A stretch of 64,000 bases of DNA from the NCBI RefSeq assembly GCF_009914755.1, contig NC_060929.1. One strand, 5' to 3'. The notes beneath the pieces were generated by a model. It worked only from the letters and a program-made list of their open reading frames with translations. It ran no database searches and was not told where the DNA came from. The translations under genes were made by a program, and so were the position numbers. Below are positions 1 through 21,334 of this stretch, piece after piece. The stretch's first letter is position 1; the number at the start of each line of letters is the position of its first letter. Source of the stretch: the human T2T-CHM13v2.0 reference genome, Homo sapiens.

Positions 1-11
1 AATACAAGAGA

Positions 12-488
<477 letters not shown>

Positions 489-524
489 CACATCCTACAT
501 TTTAGGAAACGTTTGCTGTTCCAG

Positions 525-760
525 AGAGAGCCTCTTCTTGAGTTAGACTGTCTGGGTTTGAATTCCTGCTCTACCCATTTACTAGGCTATGTGATCTTGG
601 AAAATTACTTTTTCTCTCTGAAGCATGGTGTTCTAAAATAAGAACTAATAACAGAATAAACAGAATCTATCTCAGAGGGTTGTCATTAAGATTAAATGAG
701 ATAGCCCATGTAAACCACTTAGGGGAGAATCAGTTTTTAGCTCAATAGGTATTACTTTTA
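525..760 (+). mobile_element. MIR SINE relic
   Basis: ctgggtttgaattcctgctct...gtgatcttggaaaattactt...aagattaaatgaga core. Confidence 0.75.
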
Positions 761-1089
761 ATACGCACTATCCATCATGGCATGCTATACCATAGCCACT
801 GGATGTAAGGAAAAGAGAACAAGATGCTTCACTCATTCTGAAACACTTCACTGTCAATTTCAAACATTTGTACCTGTATATAAGCATATATGCACCCTTA
901 TATAAATGTCAGTGGTATTATATGCCAACAATTTTCAATTCTGGTTATTCAAAAGAATTATCCAAAGAGTTGTGAGAAGAAATGCTGATTTTCCAGTTTC
1001 TCTTAGATATCATGAGCAAAAAAATTCCTCGTATGAGACCCAAACATGCAGTCTTTCAAAATGTTTCCTGGGTGATTTTGATATCCACC

Positions 1090-1529
1090 TGCATTTATTG
1101 GTTTCTTAGGGATACCACAACAAATTACAACAATCGGGGGGCTTAAAACAAATTTACTCTGTCACAGCTCCAGAGGCTAGAAGTTCAAAATCAAGGTGTC
1201 AGCAGTGCGGTGCTCTCTCTGAAGGCTCTACGGGAGGATCCTTTCTTGCATCTTCCCAGCTTCTGACGGTTGTCAGCAATGCTTGGTTTCTTGGCTTGTG
1301 AATACAGAGCTCCAATCTTTTCCCTGTGCTGTTCTCCCTGTGTGTCCATGTACAAATTTCCCTCTTCCAAGGACACCAGTTTCTGGATTAGGGTCCATAA
1401 TCTAGTATGACCTCATCTTGACTTTACTACCTCTATAAAGACCCTATTTCCAAATGAGGTCACATTCACCAATATTGAGAATTAGGACTTCCACATACCA
1501 TTTTGGGGGACACAATTCAATCCATAACA
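1090..1529 (-). mobile_element. MaLR solo LTR (MLT1C-like) inserted into a MER5-type element
   Basis: cagctccagaggctagaagttcaaaatcaaggtgtcagcag ... ggggacacaattcaatccataaca; MER5-like ends on both sides. Confidence 0.8.
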
Positions 1530-2036
1530 CCAGAGATGGTTAAGAACCACTACTTTAGACTTTTTTTCTGTCTAATAAGAATAGCAATGATAGTTATCAT
1601 TTATTAAGCACTTACAAAAATCACCTGCTGACTTTATATGATGATAAAGGTATAATTTTCCCCCATCCTCATTTTATAAGTGAGAAAACTGAGCTATGAG
1701 TTTCACAACTTGCTAGTTAAAAATAAAGCCAAGATGGATCTCAGGACTTTAGATTTTATTATTTTTTTAGGGAGACCCACAAAGACTATGGAACTTTCAG
1801 ATGTCCATGTTATACCTTGGTAAGCTATCTCTGGGCTGATAAAGACAAGACCGGAATCTTATAGTTAGAGAGAATACTCCTCCAATATTTCAGCAGATGA
1901 GGAAATGAGGTGGAACCTGACTGGAAGACTGGTTTCCCCGATTTCTGCCAGTAAGTCACTTCTTCCCTGGGGCCAGAGGCATACCTGGACAGCAGGTGTT
2001 AGTGGATCCATATCTCAGTTTCAACAAAAGCAGTTC

Positions 2037-2470
2037 TTTTTTTTTTTTTTTAAGTTCTGGGATACATGTGCCATGTATAGACATACGGTATACATGTGTC
2101 ATGGTGATTTGCTGCACCTATCAACCCTTCATCTAGGTTTTAAGCCTCGCATGCATTAGATATTTGTTCTAATGCTCTCTCTCCCCTTGCCCCCTACCCC
2201 GACAGGCCCCAGAGAGTGATGTTCCCCTCCCTGTGTCCATATGTTCTTATTGTTCACCTCCCACTTACGAGTGAGAACATGCGATGTTGGTTTTCTTTTC
2301 CTGTGTTAGTTTGCTGAGAATGATGGTTGCCAGCTTCATCCATGTCCCTGCAAAGGACATGAATTCATTCTTTTTTATGGCTGCATAGTATTCCATGGTG
2401 TATATGTGCCACATTTTCTTTATCCAGTCTATCATTCATGGGCATTTGGGTTGGTTCCAAGTCTTTGCTA
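2037..2470 (-). mobile_element. L1 3' end fragment (L1PA8-like)
   Basis: Poly-T followed by antisense L1 3' UTR with ctaggttttaagcctcgcatgcattag. Confidence 0.9.
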
Positions 2471-4408
2471 CAATCACTTGTAGATGGTGTTCTGTCTGTG
2501 ACTGCAGAACAGAGTAATAATAACATGTATACAAAAGTTTAATGATAAAATCCACATGACTTGGCTGTGTTCAGAACAGTTATTCTAGCCTGGCGGGGTA
2601 CATCTGGAATGAGCTATTTGGCTAGGGAATATGTCAGTTGCTGTGAGCATTTCAGGCACATTGGACTTCCCAGAGAGATGGTAAGGATTTCCCACTTCTG
2701 ATAATGGTGACAGAGACATTACATCTGGGGGAGGGCATACGGGAAACTCTTAGTAAATAGACTGACATAATTAGCAGTAGTTCATTAGGCCCAGCTGTTG
2801 ATGCCTAGTCTCTCTCTCCCCAAGCTCCAGGATTATCCATTCTCACTCCCAGACAGTCACCCAATTTAGGTTGACTTCTTTATGCAGAAATTTCTAATCA
2901 CACTTTTGAGAACTGACTGCTCAAATCTAAGCATGAAGTGCTCAGGAATAATACAACTCCATCTTCAGTGCCACACATTCTCTGTACTATTCCTCTAATT
3001 TCTTGGGAAAACACAACTTTTTTCACTGTGAATTTGCAGCCCACATGACAATCTCTGGGAAAGCATAAAGGTTTGCATTAGTTTATCTGCCAATATCTCA
3101 TTAACAATGGGCTTATGGTACCTGAAATAGATCTTAAGCTGGGCAAATCAAGACAACTGAAGAACTTTCTACTCTAGTCTTCTTACTCCCTTTATCCTCA
3201 AAGGGTATTACATTAGCAGGAATCAAAGAGGGTCTCCTGCTGTTGGCAAAACTCTGGGAGGTAGAAAGAAAAGAAATGGCAAGCCCAAGACCAATCTCCC
3301 TGCTCAGAGGAGAATAAAAAGGGTCTAATTTCCAGCAGGGATATTACAATATTCTTACCAAATGTTTGAGTTAGTGAAGAGCAAGGGCCACAACTTATTT
3401 AGCTTGTATCTTTTAACATTAGTGTATGGCAGACACTCAATATTGAAACTTTATTTGCAGAGTATCTCTCTTGGGAGATTATAATTGGGCCTGTGATTCA
3501 AGCCAATTAATTGGTCTCTGGGAAGTATTGGTTAGAGCTGTGGAACTGCCTAAAATACACATTTACTTAGCCTCACTGGATACTGAGGATTCTTTAACGC
3601 TCAGAGCCTTTCCAGTTTCTTTTATGATTCTCCTAATGAAGCATCTGTTTGTAGTAAACTCAGAAACATTTCACAATGCATTAACATATATTGGCTCATT
3701 TTTTTTAAATAGCACATTATTTATAAGTGTAGCAACACTTAATGTACATATTAATATTTTTTCTAAGTTGACAAATAAATTGAAAATAATTTCTAAACAC
3801 TTCCTAATTCCTTATAAACCAAGTTCATTAAATTTTTTTGATCTTTTGCCTTTTTCTGTTTTCTTTTCAGTTGTATGCTTAACCTTTCCAGCTTGTTTTT
3901 CTCCTAGTCCAGTGGGAAAGTGAGGGGGTAGGTGGAAGAAATTATAAGCACAAAACATTCTTTTGTACACAACTAAAGTGTTTTTGTTTCCTTGCCAGGT
4001 TCTTTGGTAGAGACTATCTCTGACACTAAGAATTTATGTCAGCTTTGCTATCAACTTGACTGAGTTATGAAAGTGTTGACACTTTTTCTTTCTCTTTCGG
4101 TCTATTAAATATATTGTTTTGAGTCTCTATTCCCTAATCCATAATGGTCCACGGATGGGCAGCATCAACATCACCTGGGAGCTTGTTAGAAACTTAGAAT
4201 GCCAGGCCCTACTCAAGACCTATTGGATAAGAGTCTACACTTTAACAAGATTGAAAGCGATTTGTATGAGGATTAAGGTTTGGAAAGCACTATTCTAATC
4301 CACTGGTTCTCAAATTTGACTGCAGTCTGGAATCATCTGAGATATTTTCAAAAATATCAATATTAGGTTTCACTGTCAGAACTCTGATTAAGTTGGCATG
4401 GACATTGA

Positions 4409-4756
<348 letters not shown>

Positions 4757-4910
4757 TCCCCAGCTGATTTTTATGTGAAGCAAAGTTTGAGAACTACCAC
4801 TGTCACACATATGTTACATTTACAGATATACATGGATAGATCTCTGTAAATAAACTGTAAGTGATGTGCCTATGTTCTTTTATCAGTAAAACTGTGATAT
4901 CAGCAGGTAG

Positions 4911-5402
<492 letters not shown>

Positions 5403-6343
5403 TAAATTACTATATTCAAAACTTAGACTATATCTATTGCATGCATGCTTTTTTAAACCCTATCACCCAAAGCATGTTTTATTAAAACAACTTTTTTTTA
5501 ATATAGGCTATTCTAGAAGTCTTGTTAAATTAGAATAAGAGAAATACCAATATAATCTCATTATTACTTATGCACTTTATATATTCGTTCTTTTAAAAAA
5601 TAAAGATCATCTGGGGAGCTGGCAGAGTTCTTGACCTAGGTAGTGATTACATGAATGTTTGCTTGATAGTAAACCATTGAGCTGTACATTTTGTTTTGTG
5701 CATATTTATGAATGTTTTACATTTTGTAATTAAAAATCAAGCAGTGTGTGTGTGTGTATAAATATATTTAATGCTTGTATGACAAAATATAGAAAAGAAA
5801 GTTCTAACAGTAGTTGCTTTCCTCTGAGGAGAAAGACTATGAAGTGGTAGGAAAGCTAGGGCTTATTCTTTTTTCTTATGTTTTTCATAAATAAATAACA
5901 ATTTTACAAATTAAAAAAAAAGGTCAAGGTGATTGAAGCACCTTGGTCAAAAGCCACTAGAAATACCAGGCAAAAATGTTATTTGTTTAGCTTTCTGCAG
6001 CAGGGGAGAACACCTTTTACAGCAACCATGGGAACATCTTATTAAAAGGGTAGAAGGTTAGTACAGGCTTCTCATAGGATTTCTATTTGAACTGGTTAAT
6101 TTACAGGTGAGATTAAGGAAGCAGGGGCTCCTTCTCGATTGGAGGCTCTTCAAAAAACAGGAGTAGTTTAGTGACTGGGTATCTTAATGCATTTTATCCA
6201 GAAGGCAGGAAAATCACAGGGGCCTAGAGTTATCACTGGTAAAGAAGCACCAATCACTGATGTCAGTCAAAGGAGGCAGAATGTAGTTATTGGTGGCTGC
6301 AGATTGTGGCCTCACGTCTGCCTTGCTCCAAACATGGTCATAA

Positions 6344-6768
<425 letters not shown>

Positions 6769-6989
6769 TTGAATGCTTTTAAGTTCCAATAACTGTAAGG
6801 ATGGTTGAGAATTTGAAAATGAAAAAAAGAAGGAATATAAATGTCTGTATCTTGGTTATTACTGGTCCCTGAAAGTGAGCAAGATAGGGATTCCCTTTGG
6901 AAGTGGACTCTAAAATATTACACTATAGAATAACAGAACATCATTTATAACCCACTTGCTTTTAAAATAGGGTGAAGTTTTATAGCTGA

Positions 6990-7990
6990 GAGTTTTTTTA
7001 ATTTTGATTAATTTTAAATCCTAGTATAAGTAAGATGTTAAGGGTAAAATAATAGAAATAGAGTACATAACTATCAAAAGACTAAAAGGTAAAAATGGAG
7101 TTGGAAAACAAATATCTCAGTCAATCAAACAAAAAGACAGTAAAGGAGATAGAATAAAAAAGAATGAAAAAATCTAAAATGTAGAAAGTACAAAGTAAGA
7201 GGGTAGAAATCAGTTCAAATATGTTAGCAATCACAATTAAAATGGATTATGCTGCCAATTTTAAGACAGAGAGTCAGATAATAATTTTTTATATTAAATT
7301 ATATAATGTTTAAAGAACACACATTTAAAACATAAGACCATGGGCAGTTTGAAACAAAAATGATGGAAGCAGGCATATCAGGCTAGAACTAAACAAAAGA
7401 AAACTGAGTTATGAGACAAATTGTCTTTTAAGATAAAGAGCTTGATTAGTAATATAAAAATTATTAGATGATGATGGTAGGTTCAATTTACCAAAAAAGA
7501 TATAATAGTTATAAAACTGTATATATCTCATAAAATATCTCATATGTACACATACATGTATGTATCTATATGTGTGTATGGGGTGTGCATATAATAGAAA
7601 TACATATACACATTCATCGATCCACCATTGTAGTGGAAGTTTTCAATACACCTTTTTAAATTTTAAGTCATATGAAAAATTAGTATGATTCAGAAATTTG
7701 AATATACACAATGGTTTCATCTTTATACAGATCAAAAAAAGAGGCAAAAATAACTATGGTAATAGATGTCAGAATATTAGTTATTTTGGGGAGCAGCTAG
7801 TGACTGGGAAGGAACATGGGGGAGTTCTGGGGTCCTGATTCTGTGCTGTACATGGATCTGGGTAATGGTTACATGGGGTAACACTTTTGCTACCACCACC
7901 ACCACTACTAGCACTAGTTTCATTTTATAAAAGTTCAGCATGCTGCAAATTTATGGTTTGTACATTTTATGTATATACTTCAATAGCAAA
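6990..7990 (+). mobile_element. Ancient L1M fragments
   Basis: A-rich, degenerate ORF2 5'-like and 3' UTR-like motifs; boundaries approximate. Confidence 0.55.
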
Positions 7991-8179
7991 GCAAGCAAAA
8001 CCATATAAAATATTGTAAATGAATTCATATGTGCTGAAACTCTTTTTTTTTTTTCAAATGAGCAAGGTAAAAGTAAAACCAAAATTTGAAATAGAAGTTG
8101 TCTCTGCAGATCAGCAGAGAGGTTGGAATATGAGCTGGGAAGAGTGAAGGTACATCATTAGAACTGGTGATGTTCTAGT

Positions 8180-8407
8180 CCGGGTCGACAACTTTTTTTT
8201 TTTCCTGTGACAAGCCAGATAGTAAATATTTTTGTTTTGCAGGCTACAAGGTCTCTGTTGTAACACCTCATCTGTGCCATTGTCACATGAAAGCAGCCAC
8301 TGACAATAAATAAATGAATGGGTATGACTGAGTTTCAATGAAACTTTATTTATAAAAACAGACAACGGACTGGATGTTGCTCATGGGTCACAGTTTGCTG
8401 ATTATTG
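8180..8407 (+). mobile_element. MER58A-like hAT MITE
   Basis: agccagatagtaaatatttt ... aaactttatttataaaaacag ... cacagtttgctga; flanked by tgttctag / tgttctaa. Confidence 0.8.
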
Positions 8408-8687
8408 TTCTAATTCTGCACAGACAGTTCACAGTTTTCTCTGCATTTTTAAACTTTATAATGTATATCAACATTACTTATATGGTTTTGCACATTTCAG
8501 TAAATATTCACTCACCAAATTCATCTGGGCTGGTATGTGGGGTTCCAATGTGGCAATACTTTTAAGATGCATTTGATATTTTATATTTCAATTGTGTATT
8601 ATATAATGATATTATATAGTTCTTTGGTACTTATTGCACAGATATGTTAGTGTCACTGCTTTTTTTTTAAACAAATTATGTAACCTC

Positions 8688-8767
8688 CTTCATGTAAAAA
8701 AGGTGATAAAGGTTTCTTCATGTAAAAAAAGGTGATAAAGGTTTCTTCATGTAAAAAAGGTGATAAA
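8688..8767 (+). repeat. Minisatellite, 28-29 bp unit, about 2.8 copies
   Basis: cttcatgtaaaaaa(a)ggtgataaaggttt repeated. Confidence 0.95.
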
Positions 8768-10058
8768 AATAATGTCAATTTTTCATAAATGTTTGTGAAG
8801 AATAAGTGAAATAATGCAGATAAAGTGCATAGCACTGTATGTAGTTCATAGTAAGCTGCTACTGTGACTACTACGATTACGGCTGTTGCTACCTCTTGTG
8901 CTGCTGCTGCTACCCCTACTGTACCGTACCATGAACCTCTTGTGCCTCAGTGTCAATTGGTGTAAAATGAGAAAGATGGAAAAGATCAACTCAAGGGCTA
9001 CTTCTAGTTCTGCATCACAAATAGTAGGAAATGAGTAAGACTGATTCATGTTTGCCCAGTTGAGGTAGCTTGATTTAATGAATAAATAAGAAGAATTGTT
9101 AATCATCCCTTGTGTGTAATTGAGTACTTCTAATGTTCTTGAGCATACTTGAGGACAGTTTCCTTCCTTAAGTAGTTCAAACACATGTACAGCATCATTC
9201 ATTTACAGTAGATACCAGGAAAGTGTTTGCTGAACAATGTGTAACAGCAGGTTCACCATCAAAATGCTCACAAATCCCAAATGAGTTATGACTTTACCGT
9301 AGAGAAAGATACTTAAAAGAAGTCAGGAGAGAAAAAAAAAATAGGGCATAGGGATAAATGAGGCCATTCAACCAAGAATTTATTGTGGCTAAAAAGTACA
9401 GCAGTTAAATATACTGGCCCTGAATTCTGGTAGACTGGGAGTCCATCCTGATTCTACTACTTCCTAGCTAGGTTACTGATGGGGTTGCTTCAAGCTAAAG
9501 CCTCAGTTTTCTCATCTGTCAAATGGAAGTGATGATAAAATTACATGTTAATGTCTGAATACATATCAATTACTTGGCTTCATGAATCTATGTAGTAAAT
9601 GTTCAACAAAGGGCCCTTTCTATCACTAAATGCCTAAGACTGAGTGCTCCTTTGAAACATGGAAATTTAAAGTCTGGACAAGCTTTAAAATTTGCAATGC
9701 TTTGAAAGAGTCCCCTTTTCCTCACAAGAAATTGAGAATGGAAGAAGCTGCCAATCATTTGCACTTGCTTGGCACCAGAAATTGGTCTAGGGATTTTGTG
9801 TACATTATTTCATGTAATCCTCTTAAAACCCCACTTAAGTGAACATTGGTATCTCTCTTCCTTTTTAAAAGAAAATATGTTGATGTTGAGAGAGAATGGA
9901 TAACTCATTCTGGGTCATACAGCTAGGAGTTTAAACAAGGTCTCTCCGACTCCAAACCCAGTACTGTCTTCAGCTCACTAATTTGTCTCTTTTTCAACAA
10001 ATTCTTTGTTTAGCTACAGTGTTTCAGTGGTTCACATTACACGTACATGATTTCACCT

Positions 10059-10444
10059 TGTATTAGTCCATTCTTGCGTTGCTATAAAGAACTATCCGAG
10101 ACTGGTAATTTATAAAGAAAAGAGGTTTAATTAGCTCACAGTTTGGCAGGCTGTACACACAAGAAGCATGGCTGTGGAGGCCTTGGGAAAACTAGAATTA
10201 TGGTGGAAGGCAAAGAAGCTGGCCCATTTTACATGGCTGGTGCAGGAGAAAGAGAGCAAAGGTGGAGGTGCTACACACTTTTAAACAACCAGGTCTTGTG
10301 AGAACTCACTCACTATCATGAGAACAGCGAGGGGGAAGTCCACCTGCATGATCCAATCACCTCCCACCAGGCCCCTCCTCCAACCCTGGGGATTACAATT
10401 CGATATGAGATTTGGGTGGGAACACAAATCCAAATGGTATATCA
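10059..10444 (-). mobile_element. MSTA-like MaLR solo LTR
   Basis: tgtattagtcc...atatca termini; perfect 5 bp TSD cacct. Confidence 0.93.
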
Positions 10445-12073
10445 CACCTATATAATTTGGGATTGGCTTCTGATCTGCTAGACTTTTTTTGTACCAGGGC
10501 TCTGTGGTCACCACATTCCTTTGTTGGCTTAGAAGTTAGCTTTGGAGAGCAAGAAATCTGCCAACTTTTACTTCCTTTGTATGTGCAGACATCTCCTGGA
10601 GGAAATAGTTGCTCATGTATCTCCTAAGCATAGGTTTCTTACAGAGGGCTACAGAAAGATTCTGCATATGTGTTCTTCAAATTCTAGCCCCCTTCTCTCA
10701 AAGATAATTATGATCATGTTTTTATATAAACCTTTATAGAAACATTTTTTGATACTTCCCAAGAGCTATAATTACCTATTCCCAACTGAATAATTCAGTC
10801 AAATAACTCTACACTTAAGGATAATTTTTGTGTGAGGAAAAACTGAGAAACATTGGGAGGTATTTTGTCAAGTGTAGGACCTCGAGATTCTGGTACAAGA
10901 GTCCTAATCTGGGAAGGGGAGAGGCAGTATGGAACTCCTTGCCCCCAGCAAATGTCCTGACTTCCCGTGACATACTTGGCCTCAGCGTGTTTATTACTCT
11001 AGCTTAACAAATTTGAGAGGAAATTACACTTCCTTAGGTTTTGAATGCTGTGATGACATCCACTTATTGCATTCCTAAGCCTAAGTTGTCACTTTGACTG
11101 TAGACTGACACATTCCAACTATCCCACTTTCAACCAAGCTATATAGACTGAATGCTTGTGTCCCTCTAAAATTCATATATTGAAACCTACTGTGATGATT
11201 TGGGGAGGCAGAATCTTTGGGAGGTCATTAGATCATGAAGGTAGAGTCATAATAATTGGAATTTGGCAGAACACTCATAAAAGGGGCTACAGTATTAGGA
11301 TTCTCCAGAGAAGATAGATACATAGATAGATAATAGATAGATGATAGATAGATAGATAAACACTAGATACATAGATGCTAGAGATATATGATATATGAGA
11401 GGATATTTATTAGGGGACTTGGCTCGCAAAATTACTGAGAAGTCTCACAGCAGGCTGCAAGCTGGAGACCCCAGGATTCCAGTAGCATAGCTTTATACAA
11501 GTCAGAAGGCCTCAGAACCAGGGAACCTATGATATTCGCCTCAACTGGGGTGAATTTTCAATTTGAGACTGAAGGTCTAAGAATTTGGAGGAGTTGCTGG
11601 GGTAAATCCTGGAGTCCCAAGTCTGGAGTTCTGGCATCTAAGAATAGGAGGAGGAGAGTGTCCTAACTTCAAGAGAGAGAGAAAATAGTTTTCTCTCATT
11701 TTCTGTTATGTTCAGGCCACCAACTGAGTAGATGGTGCCTGCTCATGTTAAGGGAGGATCTTTTCCACTCAGTCCACTGACTCACACACCAATATCCACT
11801 GGAAGCATCCCCACAGACCAGAAATAATGCTTTACCAGTTCACTAGCTATTCCTTAATCCAGTTCAGCTGACACCTAAAATTAACCATCATAAGTTTACT
11901 TCATGTCAACTTGGCACCCATATGTATCTCCTTAAACCTTTCATAATCTCCAAATAAAGTCCATAACAAGAGAGTAATTTTGCCTAACATAATTCTGCAT
12001 AAAACTGAAAACACACTAATCTCTTCCCCAGAAGAGGAGGTAAAGTCCTTGGGTGATGTTTACTCTTCTTCTG

Positions 12074-12499
12074 TGTGTTAGTCCATTTTGTGTTGCTATA
12101 AAGGAATACCTGAGGCTGGGTAACATATAAAGAAAGAAGGTTTAATTGGCTGATAGTTCTGCAGGCTGTATAGGAAGCATGGCACTGACATTGGCTCAGC
12201 TTCTGTTGAGGCCTCAGAAAGTTTTCAACCATGGCAAAAGGCAAAGGGGGAGCAGGCACGTCACGTGGGAGAGTAGGAGCAAGAGAGGAGATTCCAGCAT
12301 CTTTCAAACAATCAGGTCTCATGTGAACTCACAGAGCAAGAACTCACTCATTACTACTCATTACCATGAGGATGGCACCAAGCATTTAATGAGGGATCCA
12401 CCCCCATGATCCAAACACCTCCCACCCGGCCTCACCTCCAACATTGGGGATTACAGTTCAACATGAGATTTGGAGGGGATGGACATCTAAACTATATCA
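12074..12499 (-). mobile_element. MSTB-like solo LTR nested in ERV-L
   Basis: tgtgttagtcc...actatatca; perfect TSD ttctg. Confidence 0.92.
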
Positions 12500-12759
12500 T
12501 TCTGATATCCCATAGATTAAATACTATGGTGTAAAGTTAATAATACTTAAATACTGATATAAAGTTAATGTATCTTATTTTACATGATAAATAAGAGATG
12601 AATGAAAATGAAGATATTGCCTTAATATATGTATACATACACACAAACATTCTTTAAAAAATGGAGGAAATACTCATGACGATTAGTGACCTGTTTCTAT
12701 AACTGGTTAGATAGTCATAACTTGTATTAATAACTAGCTGCTGCTTCTACCCATTCTGT

Positions 12760-16250
<3,491 letters not shown>

Positions 16251-16299
16251 TCTTTGGGGAAAGATGGCAAAAAGATTAACAGTATAAATTTTTGGTAAT

Positions 16300-18300
<2,001 letters not shown>

Positions 18301-18410
18301 ACTCCAAAACCAATTAAGGAAACATCCTTAGAAGTCTGTTCCTCCAAAACTACTCTTAATACCAAAATTTGTATTAGGCAGGGTTCAGAGAGAACCAACA
18401 GGAAATATAT

Positions 18411-18856
18411 TGGGAAAGTTGTCAGAATCAAAATACAGTCACATATTTTGGAAAAAACAAACAACAGAGCCAGAAAAGACTATGAAAGGAGAGTTCTCAT
18501 GCGCAAGTGCCTGATAACAAAAACGATCACAAACAATTCTGCGAAGAATGCAGCCTTGCACAAAGTCTGCTGCAACCTTATATAAAAAAATACTTCTGTG
18601 AGGATACCTTCCCAGCAACTGCCTGTCCAGTCTTAGATTGGCATCATTCTGGTTATTGATCCTGGTAGCCACGGATAATTATCACAGAATAATTATGTAA
18701 TACTATTCATTTTTCCTTCAAAAATATTTGTCTTCTCTTTCTTCACTGAATACACACATAGTTTACTATGGCACAAGTATTCCCATTGCAATGCCCATTC
18801 TTGAATAATTATCATTTTATTTTAGAGAATCTTCCTCCCTGTTATATAGGATGACA
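18411..18856 (+). mobile_element. ERV1-class solo LTR (LTR37-like) nested in the ERV-L 5' LTR
   Basis: tgggaaagttgtcagaatcaaaat ... ataggatgaca; interrupts MLT2B; family name from memory. Confidence 0.7.
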
Positions 18857-19713
18857 AGCTATATATAGATATACATAGATATGGATACTTATATATAGAT
18901 ATAGATATAGATGAGGAGTTATTTGTTAGGGGAATTGGCCTACACATGGGACTGAGAGGTCCCATGACAAGCCATCTCCAAGCTGAAAACCCTGGGATAC
19001 TGGTAGCATGGCTTGGTCCAAGTTTTAAAGCCCCAGAACCAGGGAAGGTGATGGCATAATTCTCAGTCCTAGGCCAAATGTGGGAGACCTTGGGAGGTAG
19101 GGGCCCTGCTGGTATAAGTCCTGGAGTGCCCAGGCTACTTAGCCTGAAGTTCTGATATCCAAGGGCAGGACAAGGAGAGTCCCAGCATTAAGAAAGAGAG
19201 AGAAGAAATCCTTTGCTCTCCTTGTTCATTCCTTCTGGGCCCCCAGCTGATTGCATGGTGTTTGCCCACCCTGAGGGTGGACCTTCCCCTCTCAGTCCAC
19301 AGACTCACCTGTCAACCTCCTCTGGAAACACCCTCACAGACACATTAAGAAGTCATGCTTTACCCATTCCCCAGGTATTTCTTAATTCAGTTGACACCGA
19401 AAATTAACCATCACAGTGCCCCTATAAAAGAGATGTTAGAAAACTCCCTTGCCCCTTCCGCCATGTGAGGTCACAGCAGGAAGGCACCATCTATACACCA
19501 AGAATTGGAACCTCAGCAGACACCAAATCTGCAGACACCTTTATCTTAGACTTCTTAGATTCTGGAGCTGTGAGAAATACATTTAATGTTGTATATAAAC
19601 CACCTAGACTGTGGTAGTTTGTTATAGCAGCACAAATGGATGAAGACAGACCTATGTGCTTTTGTGGTTAGAATCCATAACTCATGCTTATAAAGTTGGA
19701 ATAAACTAATTGG

Positions 19714-20102
<389 letters not shown>

Positions 20103-21106
20103 TTAAGTCTACAAAATTTCCTAGTGATGTTCATGTTTATCAACCCAATTAATATTCCCTTCCTTACTGACTTGGCAGAGTCATCTAGTTTATATGTGAA
20201 TATAAGAAAATAAGTAATTAAATGTAAATGCATGTAAACAGAGGGAAGTACACTAACTGAGCAAGTATTCTGTACCAACTACTGTTCTAGGTATTTGACT
20301 TAGATTACCTGAGTTACTTCTTAACACAACCCTAACACAGTATTATTATTCCCATTTACAGGCAAAGAACATGGACTCACAGACACTGGATGGCTTACAC
20401 AATGTCTTGAAGCCCCAAAGACTAGGTTGAAATGCACATGCATTTTCACAATACCACGCTTCCTCATCTCTGTAAAGCTTACATTTTAATCCTCATACAA
20501 GCTTTTGAGTAAGTACTGTTATCTTTATCTTACAGATGAGGACTCTGAGGCTCAGAGAAATTAAGTAAACTGCCCAAAATGGCATAGTTTACATATGCAA
20601 AAAACAAAATTCTCATTCAGATACGTTTGACTCCAACAGATAAATATTAGCAATCATACCTGGTTTTCATGATCTCTATTTTTTTTAAAGAGTAAAATAC
20701 TGTCCAGTTGAGCCAATTGACCATTGACTTGCAACTTCCAAATTAGTAGACTGGGATGGCACCCAATCAGAGTCAGCATTATATATGAATAGAGGAAAGA
20801 GTAGACTCAAAATTACAGTATGATTAGCCATACATGAAACCTAACTTCTTTCTCCTGTCTAACCTAGGGGTTGAGAAGTTATTGACAATACTGATTATTC
20901 AAAATGTAATTAAGGGCAATTGGGCTTGTATTGAGCAGTGAGATTATATAACTGACAAGAAAAACACAGCAGAAAGTATTTTGCTTGCTAACCCATTACT
21001 ACCTTCCAAAAAGCATAGCAATGCCTGGGGTGTGGAGAACAGGGAGAAATGCTGCCTAGAACAAGGCAGCAGGGAAAGACTGGGAAACCTAATGTCAAAT
21101 CCTTAG

Positions 21107-21334
21107 CAGGGGTGTCCAATCTTTTGGCTTCCCTGGGCCACACTGGAAGAAGAAGAATTGTCTTGGGCCATATAAAATATACTAACACTAATGATAACAA
21201 CAGCTGATAAGCCAAAAAAAAAATAACACAAAAGTCTCATAATATTTTAAGAAAGCTTATGAATTTGTGTTGAGCCACATTCAAAGCTGTCCTGGGCTAC
21301 CTGCAGCCTGAGGGGCGGGGCTTAGACAAGCTTG
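21107..21334 (+). mobile_element. MER30 hAT MITE
   Basis: caggggtgtccaatcttttggcttccctgggccac ... gacaagcttg. Confidence 0.88.

Noticed and set aside
3471-3923. 150 aa hydrophobic ORF
   Set aside because: TTG start, AT-rich composition bias and no recognisable domain.
8846-9202. 118 aa ORF with a Ser-rich tail
   Set aside because: Low-complexity and MIR-overlapping sequence with no protein family signal.
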